A stretch of DNA of 64,000 nt, taken from Thermococcus sp. JdFR-02. GTDB taxonomy: Archaea; Methanobacteriota_B; Thermococci; Thermococcales; Thermococcaceae. Below the pieces are notes generated by a model. The model was not told the origin of the DNA. It ran no database searches and saw only the letters and a program-made list of their open reading frames with translations. The stretch spans positions 32,001 to 96,000 of the forward strand of contig MTLP01000032.1 in assembly GCA_002009975.1 (NCBI GenBank), given 5' to 3'. Position numbers and translations under genes: made by a program. Shown one piece after another: positions 10,785 to 21,062 of this stretch (position 1 is its first letter; every line of letters starts with the position of its first letter).

Positions 10785-12262
10785 CCCTCCTCTGCAAGCC
10801 TTGCTTCAATCTTTGGCATAAATACCTTGCCAAAGAGCACATAGAGTATTATAAATGCTAGTATCCATTGGAATATTACCGTTCCAGCGCTAAATACTTC
10901 GGTTGGCTTCCACCATGTCTCTGGATACCATGAAATTGATTGCTTTAACCACCATAGTAGAACTATAGCTATGCTTATTGGAGAGACGTATCCAATCATT
11001 ATGTCCCACCACTTGCCTATCTTAATATCTGAACCCCTGTTTGCAGTTTCTCTGTTCTTCTCTAAGCCTGTCTTCCACATTATTATTGAGAACACTATTG
11101 CACTAATTAGCAATCCTACACCCCAAACCCAGTCTTGGTTGTTTAACCAATCAAGGCTTAATGCAGCTGGGATTCCTATTATGAAACCTGCTATTGAACC
11201 ATAGAGTGCTGCTTTTTCTCTTGGAATTCCAAAGTCCACGATGTTCTTAATCAAAACCTCTGCAATAGCAATCTGTGATGTAAATGCTGCAAAGAACAAT
11301 GCTAAGAAGAACAATGTTCCAATTAATGCACCAGCTGGTATCTTGGGGAACAGCTCAGTCAACCAGATGAATGTTAAACCAACGTTACCCTCAGCATATA
11401 CATCTAATGGGTTAAGACCTAACAATGGTGCGGTAACTGCAACTGTTGTGATAACACCTAGACCAGCCAATAGAGCAGCACTTGTATCACCGAATCCTGT
11501 AATGTGAGAGTTCAAGTTGATATCATCGTTCTTCTTTAAATAAGCACTATACGTCAGATAGATACCCCATCCAGCACCAGTACTCCACAGGACTTGACTG
11601 TAAGCTTGAAGCCATGCCTCAGCATTTGAAAGCTTTGAGGGATCTACCTTAAACATGTAAGTCAATCCAACACCTGCTCCTGGTAATGTAATAGCCCTAA
11701 TTGCAATTACAGCTAAGATAATGAACAATGATGGCACTAAGAGTCCGGTAACTTTCTCAATTCCTCTTGCACCCCTAGCTAATGTATACCATGTGAATAT
11801 CCATACAATAACTGCAAACAATAGAGGTTGATAGCTTGAGGTGAAGGCTTCCCATGTTTGCAGACCCTTACCTGCAACATAAGTTCCATATATTCCCGTC
11901 AAACCCTTTGTGAAGTAAGCTAATGCCCAACCACAAACAACAGCATAGTAAAACATAATTGCTATATTGACCCAAGCCACCCATGCTCCAAGCCAAGCAT
12001 ATTTCTTTCCAACGTACTTAGCAAATCCAAAGATTGTACTTTTACCCGTTTCTCTACCTATAACACCCTCTGCAATCAAAAGCGGTATTGCTACTGTAAA
12101 CAGGGCAATGGTATACGGGATTAAAAAAGCACCGCCGCCATACATTGCCATCATTCTTGGAAAACGCCAAATGTTACCACTGCCAACCATTGCACCAATA
12201 ATGGCAAAAATAAAACCAAGCCTAGTTGCCCAACTTTCTTCGGGTTTTTTAATCTCCTCCAT
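10781..12262 (-). CDS. Sodium-dependent NSS/SNF family transporter
   Basis: W.TRLGFI...GAMVGSGNIWRFP, GGGAFLIPY, many TM segments. Confidence 0.93.
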   Translation of the reverse strand: MEEIKKPEESWATRLGFIFAIIGAMVGSGNIWRFPRMMAMYGGGAFLIPYTIALFTVAIPLLIAEGVIGRETGKSTIFGFAKYVGKKYAWLGAWVAWVNIAIMFYYAVVCGWALAYFTKGLTGIYGTYVAGKGLQTWEAFTSSYQPLLFAVIVWIFTWYTLARGARGIEKVTGLLVPSLFIILAVIAIRAITLPGAGVGLTYMFKVDPSKLSNAEAWLQAYSQVLWSTGAGWGIYLTYSAYLKKNDDINLNSHITGFGDTSAALLAGLGVITTVAVTAPLLGLNPLDVYAEGNVGLTFIWLTELFPKIPAGALIGTLFFLALFFAAFTSQIAIAEVLIKNIVDFGIPREKAALYGSIAGFIIGIPAALSLDWLNNQDWVWGVGLLISAIVFSIIMWKTGLEKNRETANRGSDIKIGKWWDIMIGYVSPISIAIVLLWWLKQSISWYPETWWKPTEVFSAGTVIFQWILAFIILYVLFGKVFMPKIEARLAEEG

Positions 12263-12473
12263 ATGGCTTCACCTATACATCTAAGTTTTAAAAAGTTCAT
12301 CGAAGTATAATATAGCAAAATGATGTATTAAATTTTAAGTATTTATAGTTTTCCATGCTGTTCATGAAAATCTGGCGAAACTTTGAACTTTAAAAAGCTT
12401 AAAATGTCGCAACAAAGCTCCACTAACAGTTAAAAAATATTTCATAAAATAATGTTTTATAGGTAAAAAATAG

Positions 12474-13637
12474 TCATTTGGTATGAATTTCTACAATATC
12501 GCCATCTTCAAGAACGTGATCCGCACCTACCCTTTGTCCAGGAAATTTCACACTTTTACCCCATACCCTCGCATATTTAAAGTTCTTGGCAAAATCTTTG
12601 TGAATCCTTTTTGCCACATCTATAACTGTTGAACCCCTCTTCATTGCAATAGGCGGATACGCTGGATCTTCACCGGGAGATTTTGTAAATACTCTCATAA
12701 CATCTGCCAACTCATACAACTCTTCCTTGAGTTTCTCTAGATTTATTCTTTTTGCTGCTGAGAGAGGTATTATCTTGAACTTGTCGTTATATCTCTGAAT
12801 TAATCTCTCATAATTCTCCCTACTCCCCGGTGCATCACCTTTATTCGCTATAATTATTGCCTTCTTATAGACCAAACTTTCATCTAATGCCTCTGCAAAG
12901 TCTTCTAGAGTTATTGGCTCCTTCACAGTTATTTCAGCACTGTGTATTCTTTCCTCTCTAAGCATTTTCATGACTTCACTTATTTCACCCTTTATCCAGT
13001 CTTGACCATTGATGATTATTCCCCCACTTGGAGTTCTCTTTATCTCCACATTGGGTCTTCTCTTGTTCACCTTTATTCCAGCCCTTTCAAACTCTCTTAA
13101 CAAAATCTTCATCTGCTTAATTGGATCATTGCTTAGGTCAACTATGATAGCAATTGCATCTGCATTTCTAATGACACCTAAAAGTTGCGTTCCCATTCCC
13201 TTTCCTAAAGATGCCCCTTCTATAAGACCCGGAACCTCTACAAGTTGAAGCTGAATGTCCTTATAGGTGAGCATTCCCGGAACCGGCTCAACGGTTGTAA
13301 AAGCATATTCCTCAATTTCAACGTCCACTCCAGTAAGAGCTTTTAGAATGGTGGACTTACCAACATTTGGCAAGCCAACCAGCACAATTTGTGCCGCTCC
13401 CTCCTTTTTAACACTAAAAGAATAGCCTCCCCCTTTTCTTAAGCTTTGTTGCTTTTCAAATTCCCTTCTAAGCTCTGCTAACCTTCTTTTGATTTGAAGC
13501 CTAAGCTTCTCTGTTCCCTTGTGCTTTGGAACTGTCGCATACATTTTTTCCAATGCCCTAATTTTTTCTGGAATAGTTTTGGCATTCCTATACTCTTCTT
13601 CAGCTGCCAAGTACTCCGCTGTTACGTTGGTAGGCAT
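12474..13637 (-). CDS. DRG/OBG family GTP-binding protein with TGS domain
   Basis: GLPNVGKS, YAFTT, EVPGLIEGA, NKGD, C-terminal TGS domain (GQRVGADHVLEDGD). Confidence 0.93.
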   Translation of the reverse strand: MPTNVTAEYLAAEEEYRNAKTIPEKIRALEKMYATVPKHKGTEKLRLQIKRRLAELRREFEKQQSLRKGGGYSFSVKKEGAAQIVLVGLPNVGKSTILKALTGVDVEIEEYAFTTVEPVPGMLTYKDIQLQLVEVPGLIEGASLGKGMGTQLLGVIRNADAIAIIVDLSNDPIKQMKILLREFERAGIKVNKRRPNVEIKRTPSGGIIINGQDWIKGEISEVMKMLREERIHSAEITVKEPITLEDFAEALDESLVYKKAIIIANKGDAPGSRENYERLIQRYNDKFKIIPLSAAKRINLEKLKEELYELADVMRVFTKSPGEDPAYPPIAMKRGSTVIDVAKRIHKDFAKNFKYARVWGKSVKFPGQRVGADHVLEDGDIVEIHTK

Positions 13638-13791
13638 TTTATCACCCCACTCTCGCAGACCCTTTAGCTCTCGCCATTAGAACTTACATGATGAGAATTT
13701 TATAAAGATATGGTATCAGCAAACCTGAAATCTCTCTCAATTATCATCAAGTTTATATATTATTCCGAAAAATTTTAGATAAGGTGAGAGG

Positions 13792-14244
13792 ATGAGAGCT
13801 GGCTTAGATGATACTGACAAAAAAATATTAAGGATATTACAAAAAAATAGCAGAACACCTTTAAGGGAGATTTCTAAGGTCGTAGGGCTTGCAGAGTCTA
13901 CAATTTATGAAAGAATTAAAAAGCTTAAGGAACATGGTGTAATCCAAAAGTTTACTGTGATTTTAAATCCTGAAGCACTTGGATTCACAATGCTCTCTTT
14001 TATTTTAATTAAAGCCAGAGCAGGAAAATATTCTTATGTCGCAAAAGAGCTCAGCAAATATCCGGAGATTATAGAGATTCATGAAACCACTGGAGACTAT
14101 GACATGGTAGTTAAGATAAGAACCAGAAGTAGTGAAGAACTTAACATGTTTTTAGATCAAATTGGAGAAATTGAAGGGGTTGTGGCAACTCACACAATGG
14201 TCGTTTTAAAAGTTCATAAAGAGACTACAGAGCTACCTCTATAG
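13792..14244 (+). CDS. Lrp/AsnC transcriptional regulator
   Basis: LDDTDKKILRILQKNSR HTH, ETTGDYD RAM domain. Confidence 0.93.
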   Translation: MRAGLDDTDKKILRILQKNSRTPLREISKVVGLAESTIYERIKKLKEHGVIQKFTVILNPEALGFTMLSFILIKARAGKYSYVAKELSKYPEIIEIHETTGDYDMVVKIRTRSSEELNMFLDQIGEIEGVVATHTMVVLKVHKETTELPL

Positions 14245-14337
14245 CGTTTTATTTCTCTTTTACCCATTTCTGTGAAGAAATGCTTATAAGCTTCCAATTT
14301 TAATATTTATCTAAACGTTTCAACTGAGGTGATTTAG

Positions 14338-14838
14338 ATGAAAGTTCTGTTTCTTTCTGCAGTCGATTTTGAAGATTTGGAATTAATATACCCCCTACAC
14401 AGAATAAAGGAAGAGGGACATGAAGTCTATATAGCGAGCTTTGAAAAAGGGCATATTACAGGAAAACACGGATATCAAGTTAAAGTTGATTTGACTTTTG
14501 ACGAGGTTAATCCAGAGGAATTTGATGCCTTAGTCCTACCCGGTGGAAAAGCCCCAGAGAGAGTTAGAATAAATGAGAAAGCTGTTGCAATAGCAAGAAA
14601 GATGTTTAAAGAAGGGAAGCCCGTAGCTTCAATATGTCATGGACCCCAAATACTCATTTCTGCAGGAGTGTTAAAGGGAAGAAAAGGAACGAGTACAATA
14701 ACAATTAAAGATGACATGATAAATGCTGGATGTGAATGGATAAACAGTGAAGTAGTTGTTGATGGAAACTGGGTAAGCTCAAGACATCCAGGAGATTTAT
14801 ACGCTTGGATGAGGGAATTTATTAAGTTGCTTAAATGA
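14338..14838 (+). CDS. pfpI: Intracellular protease / deglycase PfpI (DJ-1 family)
   Basis: 166 aa, FEDLELIYP, LPGGKAPE, ICHGP. Confidence 0.95.
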   Translation: MKVLFLSAVDFEDLELIYPLHRIKEEGHEVYIASFEKGHITGKHGYQVKVDLTFDEVNPEEFDALVLPGGKAPERVRINEKAVAIARKMFKEGKPVASICHGPQILISAGVLKGRKGTSTITIKDDMINAGCEWINSEVVVDGNWVSSRHPGDLYAWMREFIKLLK

Positions 14839-14972
14839 TTCCCATCTATTTTCCAACTTTTTTAACTTTTAACAATGGTAATTCTTATATAGGTGCATTT
14901 CGAGATTCTGTTTTAGAATGAGCATCTAATATATAAGAAGTGAACACTAATACTTATTTGGGGGTGTTAATA

Positions 14973-15425
14973 TTGGGAAAAAGGCTTTACAGAAGTAGAG
15001 AAGACAAAATATTCCTTGGCGTTTTAGGAGGAATTGCAAAATATTTTGACGTTGATCCTACATTGGTTAGGATTGCTTTTATAATACTGTGCTTCCTAGA
15101 GCCCGTGTTCATATTAGTTTACTTTTTGATGGCAATTGTTATGCCAGAAGAGCATGAAGAAAAGATATCTATTGAAAAAATACCTGAAAAAGCTGAGAAA
15201 CTGGCAAAAGAAATTGAAGAAAGTGCAATGAGAATTAGTGAGAGGGTGGAGATTGAAACTACTAAGAAAGACAACTCAAAACTTTTTGCGGCTGCCTTGA
15301 TACTTATTGGTCTAATGTTAATCATAAGAAGAACCTTACCCTGGACATTCTGGTTTTTGAGTGGGGATGTAATCTTAGCTTCAATCTTAGTGTTAATAGG
15401 CATATATCTCTTGGTTAGGGGGTGA
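14973..15425 (+). CDS. PspC-domain membrane protein
   Basis: KRLYRSREDKIFLGVLGGIAKYFDVDPTLVRI; probable TTG start after GGGGTG. Confidence 0.88.
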   Translation: MGKRLYRSREDKIFLGVLGGIAKYFDVDPTLVRIAFIILCFLEPVFILVYFLMAIVMPEEHEEKISIEKIPEKAEKLAKEIEESAMRISERVEIETTKKDNSKLFAAALILIGLMLIIRRTLPWTFWFLSGDVILASILVLIGIYLLVRG

Positions 15426-15429
15426 AAAT

Positions 15430-16314
15430 ATGGGAAGAATATTAGGAATGTTTTTCTTTTTCCTTGGAACGCTATTGCTGTTAAAAATCTTTTATCCTCA
15501 ATTTTCCTATTATCTTCTCCCTTATGCTTACTACATTAAGGAGGCATTCTTGGGAGTTGTATTAGTGTTCCTCGGCTTATATATTCTCTCAAAGAACAAA
15601 AATTGGAGAACAGCAGTTAGTATTGGATTTATCGCATACTTGGCACTTTTTCTTGTAATTCCAGACACAGATAACGAGTTTAACTTTGAATTTAGCTTTC
15701 CATTTAGAGAAAGAATAGAGGGTCAAACCACAGTAGTTGGAGAATTTGTCAACATATCACACATAGAGATGGATAGAGTGGTCGGCAATGTTAAAATAGT
15801 AAGTGTTGAGGGAGACACAATAAAAATAACGGCAAATTTTCCATTAAAAGCTGAAAAAAGAGGAGACATATTGGAAATTCAGTGTACAAGTGAATGTAAA
15901 ATTTACAAGAATAAAAGAGCTGTTATTGAAATAGGGAGAGAGCTAAACATTGAGAGAATTTCAATAAAAGAAAGTGTTGGAGATTATCTCTTAAAGATTG
16001 AAAACTCACTAAAAGAGTTAAACATGCAAAATGTGGTTGGTGCAATAGAGATTCATGAGATATCAAGTGACGAAATAAACATCTCAAACTTTGTTGGTGA
16101 CTTAAGCTTAGATGTTGAAAATTCAGAGAGCATAACACTTAGCGATGGAGTTGGGGATGTCACTATAACAGTTCTAGAGGACACAAAAGTGGAGCTTCAG
16201 CAAGGTTCCTCTCTATTGAAAATAAACACTGTAGGGGACATCTATGAAGGGTCAAAAACCTTGAAAATTTCTCTAAGCGACATTATTGGAACAATAACAA
16301 TTAAAAAGATCTAA
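15430..16314 (+). CDS. Membrane protein with DUF4097/Toastrack-like beta-repeat domain
   Basis: Three N-terminal TM helices, then repeated 'VGD/VGN' beta motifs; co-transcribed with PspC. Confidence 0.65.
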   Translation: MGRILGMFFFFLGTLLLLKIFYPQFSYYLLPYAYYIKEAFLGVVLVFLGLYILSKNKNWRTAVSIGFIAYLALFLVIPDTDNEFNFEFSFPFRERIEGQTTVVGEFVNISHIEMDRVVGNVKIVSVEGDTIKITANFPLKAEKRGDILEIQCTSECKIYKNKRAVIEIGRELNIERISIKESVGDYLLKIENSLKELNMQNVVGAIEIHEISSDEINISNFVGDLSLDVENSESITLSDGVGDVTITVLEDTKVELQQGSSLLKINTVGDIYEGSKTLKISLSDIIGTITIKKI

Positions 16315-16340
16315 AGAATCAATTAAACTCGTGAAAGATC

Positions 16341-17231
16341 ATGGAAACGTGGAAGATAATAAAATCTCTAACCTTAGGAGCACTGCTTGAAGCTACAATA
16401 CCAAAACCAGGAAATGTAAACCGCTTTAGAGACTTTTATGACCTAACTTTTTATCATTTTCTCTTTGCAGATATTTGGATTGTTGATATTCTCTATGAAG
16501 CGGTTAGGGTTGGTTATCTTATACGAAGAGGAAAGCTGAACCCCAATGAAGCCCGCATTGGGGAGCTAATCAAAAGAGCAGTTCAAAATTCAAGGCAAGT
16601 GCAAAACCATAATCCTAATTTTGGAATAATAACGTTGCAAATACCCTTAGCAATAGCCTTGGGATACTCAAGAGATATTAAAGAAGCGAGAGAAGTCGTT
16701 AAACGCTTGATAGATGAATCAACAGTAAACGACACCATAGAATTTTATAAAGCGATAAGAATTGCAAATCCAAAGGGCATTCCGAGCGGAGTGAAATACG
16801 ATGTGTATAATGAGAAGGTCTTTGATGAGCTTTTTAGAGATAAGATTAATTTAAAACGCTTAGCTGAAATCAGCTGCGAAAGGGAGTTAATATTTAAGGA
16901 ATGGTTAAACGGTTATGAGCTCAGCTACAAAACATTTCTAAGGCTTTTAGAACTCACAAAAGAATCTTCCCTTGAAGAAGCAACCATACGGACTTTTTTA
17001 GAGCTTCTTTCAGAAAACATGGACACGCTGATTATTAGGAAAGCGGGAGAAGAGGAGGCTAAACTTGTTAAAGAAAAAGCAAAAGAAGTATTAAAAGGAA
17101 AGCTTGAATTGGAGGAATTTGATAAATTTTTAAGAGAAAAAGGGGATTTAAGAAACCCTGGGAGTTTAGCAGATATAATGGCAATTGCTCTGGGTTTGTT
17201 GCTTCTAAAGGGATACACTCTTAATCTTTAA
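16341..17231 (+). CDS. citG: CitG-family triphosphoribosyl-dephospho-CoA synthase-like protein
   Basis: LEATIPKPGNV, NPNFGI, NPGSLAD. Confidence 0.8.
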   Translation: METWKIIKSLTLGALLEATIPKPGNVNRFRDFYDLTFYHFLFADIWIVDILYEAVRVGYLIRRGKLNPNEARIGELIKRAVQNSRQVQNHNPNFGIITLQIPLAIALGYSRDIKEAREVVKRLIDESTVNDTIEFYKAIRIANPKGIPSGVKYDVYNEKVFDELFRDKINLKRLAEISCERELIFKEWLNGYELSYKTFLRLLELTKESSLEEATIRTFLELLSENMDTLIIRKAGEEEAKLVKEKAKEVLKGKLELEEFDKFLREKGDLRNPGSLADIMAIALGLLLLKGYTLNL

Positions 17232-17505
17232 TCACCCTTATTCTCTTTGCTCCCCCCAATCCAATTCCAATTTGCTTTGTATCAAGGACAAGGGCATCTT
17301 CTCCAAGTTCTTCAAGGATTTTAACCTTTAAACCAGAAATCTCATTTACTCCCTCATCACCACCAAATTCTCCATCAACTTGAGCTTTGAAAAAGTCATA
17401 AGCCTCTTTACCAAACAAAACCAAATCTGGCTCAAAGCCTTCCATCTTAAGCTCGTTGGCTTTTTCCTCAACAGCACTTAAAACCCTTATCAGGTCTCCT
17501 CTCAT
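17221..17505 (-). CDS. DUF1884 protein (family 4 encapsulin-like, A-domain only)
   Basis: 94 aa, NELKMEGFEPDLVLFG, ISGLKVKILEELGEDALVLD; downstream of OsmC. Confidence 0.75.
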   Translation of the reverse strand: MRGDLIRVLSAVEEKANELKMEGFEPDLVLFGKEAYDFFKAQVDGEFGGDEGVNEISGLKVKILEELGEDALVLDTKQIGIGLGGAKRIRVIKD

Positions 17506-17576
17506 AGTATCACCTTAATAGTTCCTAGATCATGAAGAATACTTAAAACTTTTCATGAAAAAAGTAAGAGGAGAAC

Positions 17577-17972
17577 CTAATCCTTAATTATCTCATAGCT
17601 GTAAGTCACTTCCGTTCCGCTCAACTTCAAATGAGCTGAGGCAGAACAGTATTTATCTTGGCTTAATTTTATTGCCCTCTCAGCTTTTTCAGGCTTTACA
17701 TCACCATATATCTTGTAATGTATGTGGGCTTTTTTGTAAATTCTTGGATATTCCTCTCTTCTTTCCCCCTTTATTTCAATTTCTAAGCCTTCTATTGGCT
17801 CCTTCATCTTTTGGAGAATCATGACAACATCAATTGCCGTACATCCAGCTACCGATAAAAGCAAAGTCTTCATTGGGGAAATTCCGTTTTCACCGAAGAT
17901 TATCTTCCCTCCCTCTTCAACTTGAGCCTCAAATTTTCCGTTTCCTAACCATACTACCTTTCCACCTATCAT
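17577..17972 (-). CDS. OsmC/Ohr family protein
   Basis: SPMKTLLLSVAGCTAID...KYCSAS two-Cys pattern. Confidence 0.9.
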   Translation of the reverse strand: MIGGKVVWLGNGKFEAQVEEGGKIIFGENGISPMKTLLLSVAGCTAIDVVMILQKMKEPIEGLEIEIKGERREEYPRIYKKAHIHYKIYGDVKPEKAERAIKLSQDKYCSASAHLKLSGTEVTYSYEIIKD

Positions 17973-18031
17973 CGAATCACCATATGATGTTCACAGTAAG
18001 TGTTTTTAATCACTTTGCTTTAGATGAGAGC

Positions 18032-18877
18032 ATGAGTTACATCAGACCTTTTGACCCATGGAAATCAAAGCTCTGCACATGCCCCTTCAAATACACTTTA
18101 AACGTTTATACCGGATGTGACCATGCTTGCATTTACTGTTATATAACCTCTTACATCCCTAAAGCCTTTAAGGTTAGAATTAAGGAGAATTTGCTCCTTG
18201 AAATTGAAAGAGAGCTTAGAAAGCTTAACAAGCGCTTTATTGTATCACTTTCATATTCCTCTGATCCATACCCCACAATAGAGAAACAATTAGGAATAAC
18301 AAGAAAAGCTCTCCAACTTTTTCAACAATACAACGTTAGATGCATGATTTTAACAAAGTCCGATATTTTTGAAAGAGATCTTGACATTTTAAAAAATTTA
18401 AAGTGTGCAGTTGGAATAACTGTCACAACACTAAATGAAGATATAGCAAAACAGCTTGAACCAAATGCCCCTTTGCCAGAAGATAGAATAAAAGCCCTTA
18501 AAAGTGCAAAAAAAGCGGGAATACCTATCTATGCAAGAATTGACCCGATAATTCCATATCTAACATGGGATGATTTTGAAGAGACAGTAAAAGCCCTAAG
18601 CTTTGTCTCTCACATAACTGTCTCAACTTTGAAACTTCGCCCAGATTCTTGGAAAAGAATGAAAGCAAAGTTCCCAGAGGTTATGGAGAAACTTGAGCCT
18701 TTGTATAAGAAAAATAAGCCAATTGGCGGTTATTATTACTTGCCAAAAGAACTTAGATTAAAAATACTAAAAGAAGCCGAGAATATAATAGAGAGCAAAG
18801 GGATAACCTTTGGTTCCTGCAGGGAAGGATATCACTCATATCCTACGTGTGATGGCTCTCATCTGGTTCCTCTGTAG
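18032..18877 (+). CDS. Radical SAM protein (SPL-like)
   Basis: GCDHACIYCY, SSDPYP, LTKS; start moved to ATG 18032 to avoid overlapping OsmC. Confidence 0.88.
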   Translation: MSYIRPFDPWKSKLCTCPFKYTLNVYTGCDHACIYCYITSYIPKAFKVRIKENLLLEIERELRKLNKRFIVSLSYSSDPYPTIEKQLGITRKALQLFQQYNVRCMILTKSDIFERDLDILKNLKCAVGITVTTLNEDIAKQLEPNAPLPEDRIKALKSAKKAGIPIYARIDPIIPYLTWDDFEETVKALSFVSHITVSTLKLRPDSWKRMKAKFPEVMEKLEPLYKKNKPIGGYYYLPKELRLKILKEAENIIESKGITFGSCREGYHSYPTCDGSHLVPL

Positions 18878-19628
18878 GAGTCTCTTCTACATTCTTCTCT
18901 TTGATTCTCTCAGCTTCTTTTACGAGACCCTCAAATAGAGGAAGCATATCTTTCAAATATTCTGCATGCCATTGGATTCCAATAACAAACTTATCCTGCA
19001 TTTCAATCGCTTCAATAATCCCATCACTTGCGTAGGCAACAGGTTTTAAACCGTTTCCTAACTTTTTAATCGCTTGATGATGAAAACTGTTAACCATCAA
19101 AAAGACCTCACTTGTACTCTCAACATCCAAGTTCTTTTTTAAGAGGTCAAAAAGCTTTGAGGTAGTCTTTATCCTAACCTCATGAACTCTGTAATCTGCA
19201 GGGACTAAATACTTCCCTTCCGCAAACCAATCATGTTTTATTGAGTGAGGTATATCAGCAGCTAAATCCTGATATAAACTACCACCTAAAGCAACATTTA
19301 TAACTTGTATGCCCCTACAAATGCCCAAAATTGGAATGTTGTTCTCTATGGCTTTTTTAACTAATGTAATCTCAAACTCATCCCTTAGAGGGGCTAAAGA
19401 TCTCAACTTAGCTGTAGCTTCCTCTCCATAGTATCTTGGATGAATATCCCCTCCTCCAGTAAGCAAAATCCCATCAACAATCGCTAAAACATCATCTACA
19501 TCTGCAATCGGAGGTAATAAAATAGGAATCCCGCCTGCTTCCTTGATCCTCTTAACATAAGCTTCTCTAACAAAGATTTTACCATCCTTCCAGTCATAAG
19601 CAGTAGTTATGCCTATAATCGGTTTCAT
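18843..19628 (-). CDS. Peptidase C26 / gamma-glutamyl-GABA hydrolase-like glutamine amidotransferase
   Basis: KPIIGIT, LTGGGDI, LGICRGIQ, NSFHHQ, QWHAE. Confidence 0.9.
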   Translation of the reverse strand: MKPIIGITTAYDWKDGKIFVREAYVKRIKEAGGIPILLPPIADVDDVLAIVDGILLTGGGDIHPRYYGEEATAKLRSLAPLRDEFEITLVKKAIENNIPILGICRGIQVINVALGGSLYQDLAADIPHSIKHDWFAEGKYLVPADYRVHEVRIKTTSKLFDLLKKNLDVESTSEVFLMVNSFHHQAIKKLGNGLKPVAYASDGIIEAIEMQDKFVIGIQWHAEYLKDMLPLFEGLVKEAERIKEKNVEETPTEEPDESHHT

Positions 19629-19710
19629 AATTATCACCTTAGTCACATTCTCAAAGAACACTATAAAAATGTTAAGTTAAAAATCGAAGAGAAAGAACTT
19701 ACACTAATCT

Positions 19711-20925
19711 CTAAAACTTATCCTTATAAAGCTCTGCCAGTCTCTTAATGCCTTCAGCAATCTCTTCCTTGCTTGGTCTTGAGAAGTTTAGCCTTATTGC
19801 ATTTTTACCGCTCTCATCAGTGTAAAAGGGCTTTCCTGGAACAACCACAACATGATATTTTTCCATTAGCTCACTTGCAAAGCTCATTCCATCAGCCCCT
19901 TCTGGAAGGAATAGCATAACGAACATTCCAGCTATGGGTCTTGTGAACTTAGCATTAGGTAAGCTCTCTTCAAGAGCTTCTATCATCACATCCCTCTTTT
20001 CTTTGTATCCTTGGAGAGCCTTTGAGTGATATTCCTCAAAATATCCTCTCCTTAGGTATTCCAACGCTATAAATTGAGAAATCGTGGGAGCACAGAAATC
20101 AATGGGCTGCTTTTCCATCAGAACTTTATCTAAAATCTCTCCTTCTGCTATTATCCATCCAATTCTAAAGCCCGTACCAAGAACTTTGCTTAAAGTTCCA
20201 GCAACTAAGACTCTTCCTTCCCTATCAAGAGATTTCAGTGATGGAATTCCCTTCTCTTCATATTTCATGAAATTGTATGCAGTATCTTCTATTATAAGAA
20301 GATCATATTTTGATGCTATCTCTAAAAGTTCTTTTCTTCTTTCTTCACTCATAGTAACTCCCATTGGGTTTTGACCTGTTGGAATTGTGTAAATGAATTT
20401 TATTTTCTTTTTCTTGGCTTTAAGCTCTTTGATTTTCTCCTCGAGCAGATCTGTTCTCATGCCATCTTCATCAACCAAAACACCTTCTACGCTTGCCCCC
20501 AACTGCTCAAATGCCAATAGAGTATTTACATACGCTGGATTCTCTGAAATAACGACATCTCCAGGCTCAATGAGAACCCTTCCTAATAAGTCGAGGGCTT
20601 CAGAACCCCCAACTGTAACTACTATATTGTCTGATGAAACTTTTATTTTCTCATATTTTTCTAAAAACTTTGCCAATTCTTCCCTAAGCTCTGGTATTCC
20701 ATTTGTTGGCGTGTACATAACAGACTTTGGGTTATTTTCAAGTATTTCCTTTGCCAATTCAGCTAAAACCTTTCTTGGGATTAAATTAGGACCAGGATCT
20801 CCAGCGGCTAAGGAGATTAGTTTTATTCCCTGCCTTTGGAGTTGGGATGCCCTTTTCATAACCTCTGCCAAGGCAGAGCCTTTAATCCAATTTGCCCTGC
20901 CAGATATAAAACGTTCGTAGTTCAT
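19711..20925 (-). CDS. PLP-dependent class I aminotransferase
   Basis: YTIPTGQNPMG, IIEDTAY, GTLSKVLGTGFRIGW. Confidence 0.92.
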   Translation of the reverse strand: MNYERFISGRANWIKGSALAEVMKRASQLQRQGIKLISLAAGDPGPNLIPRKVLAELAKEILENNPKSVMYTPTNGIPELREELAKFLEKYEKIKVSSDNIVVTVGGSEALDLLGRVLIEPGDVVISENPAYVNTLLAFEQLGASVEGVLVDEDGMRTDLLEEKIKELKAKKKKIKFIYTIPTGQNPMGVTMSEERRKELLEIASKYDLLIIEDTAYNFMKYEEKGIPSLKSLDREGRVLVAGTLSKVLGTGFRIGWIIAEGEILDKVLMEKQPIDFCAPTISQFIALEYLRRGYFEEYHSKALQGYKEKRDVMIEALEESLPNAKFTRPIAGMFVMLFLPEGADGMSFASELMEKYHVVVVPGKPFYTDESGKNAIRLNFSRPSKEEIAEGIKRLAELYKDKF

Positions 20926-21062
20926 ACAAACCACCCAAATCAACACTTTAGCATTTAGATGTTCATCATCATGATATTAATATTTATCTATGATGGAACA
21001 TCTTAAACTTTCCAAACGAAAAGTAAATTTATGCCCTTTCATAATTACATTTGGTGATTTGT

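Noticed and set aside
13688-13728. Possible C/D box sRNA (ATGATGA...CTGA)
   Set aside because: Only 41 nt, no internal D'/C' boxes, and it overlaps the TATA box of a divergent promoter
17834-18031. N-terminal extension of the radical SAM ORF
   Set aside because: Overlaps OsmC on the opposite strand; the conserved sequence begins at ATG 18032
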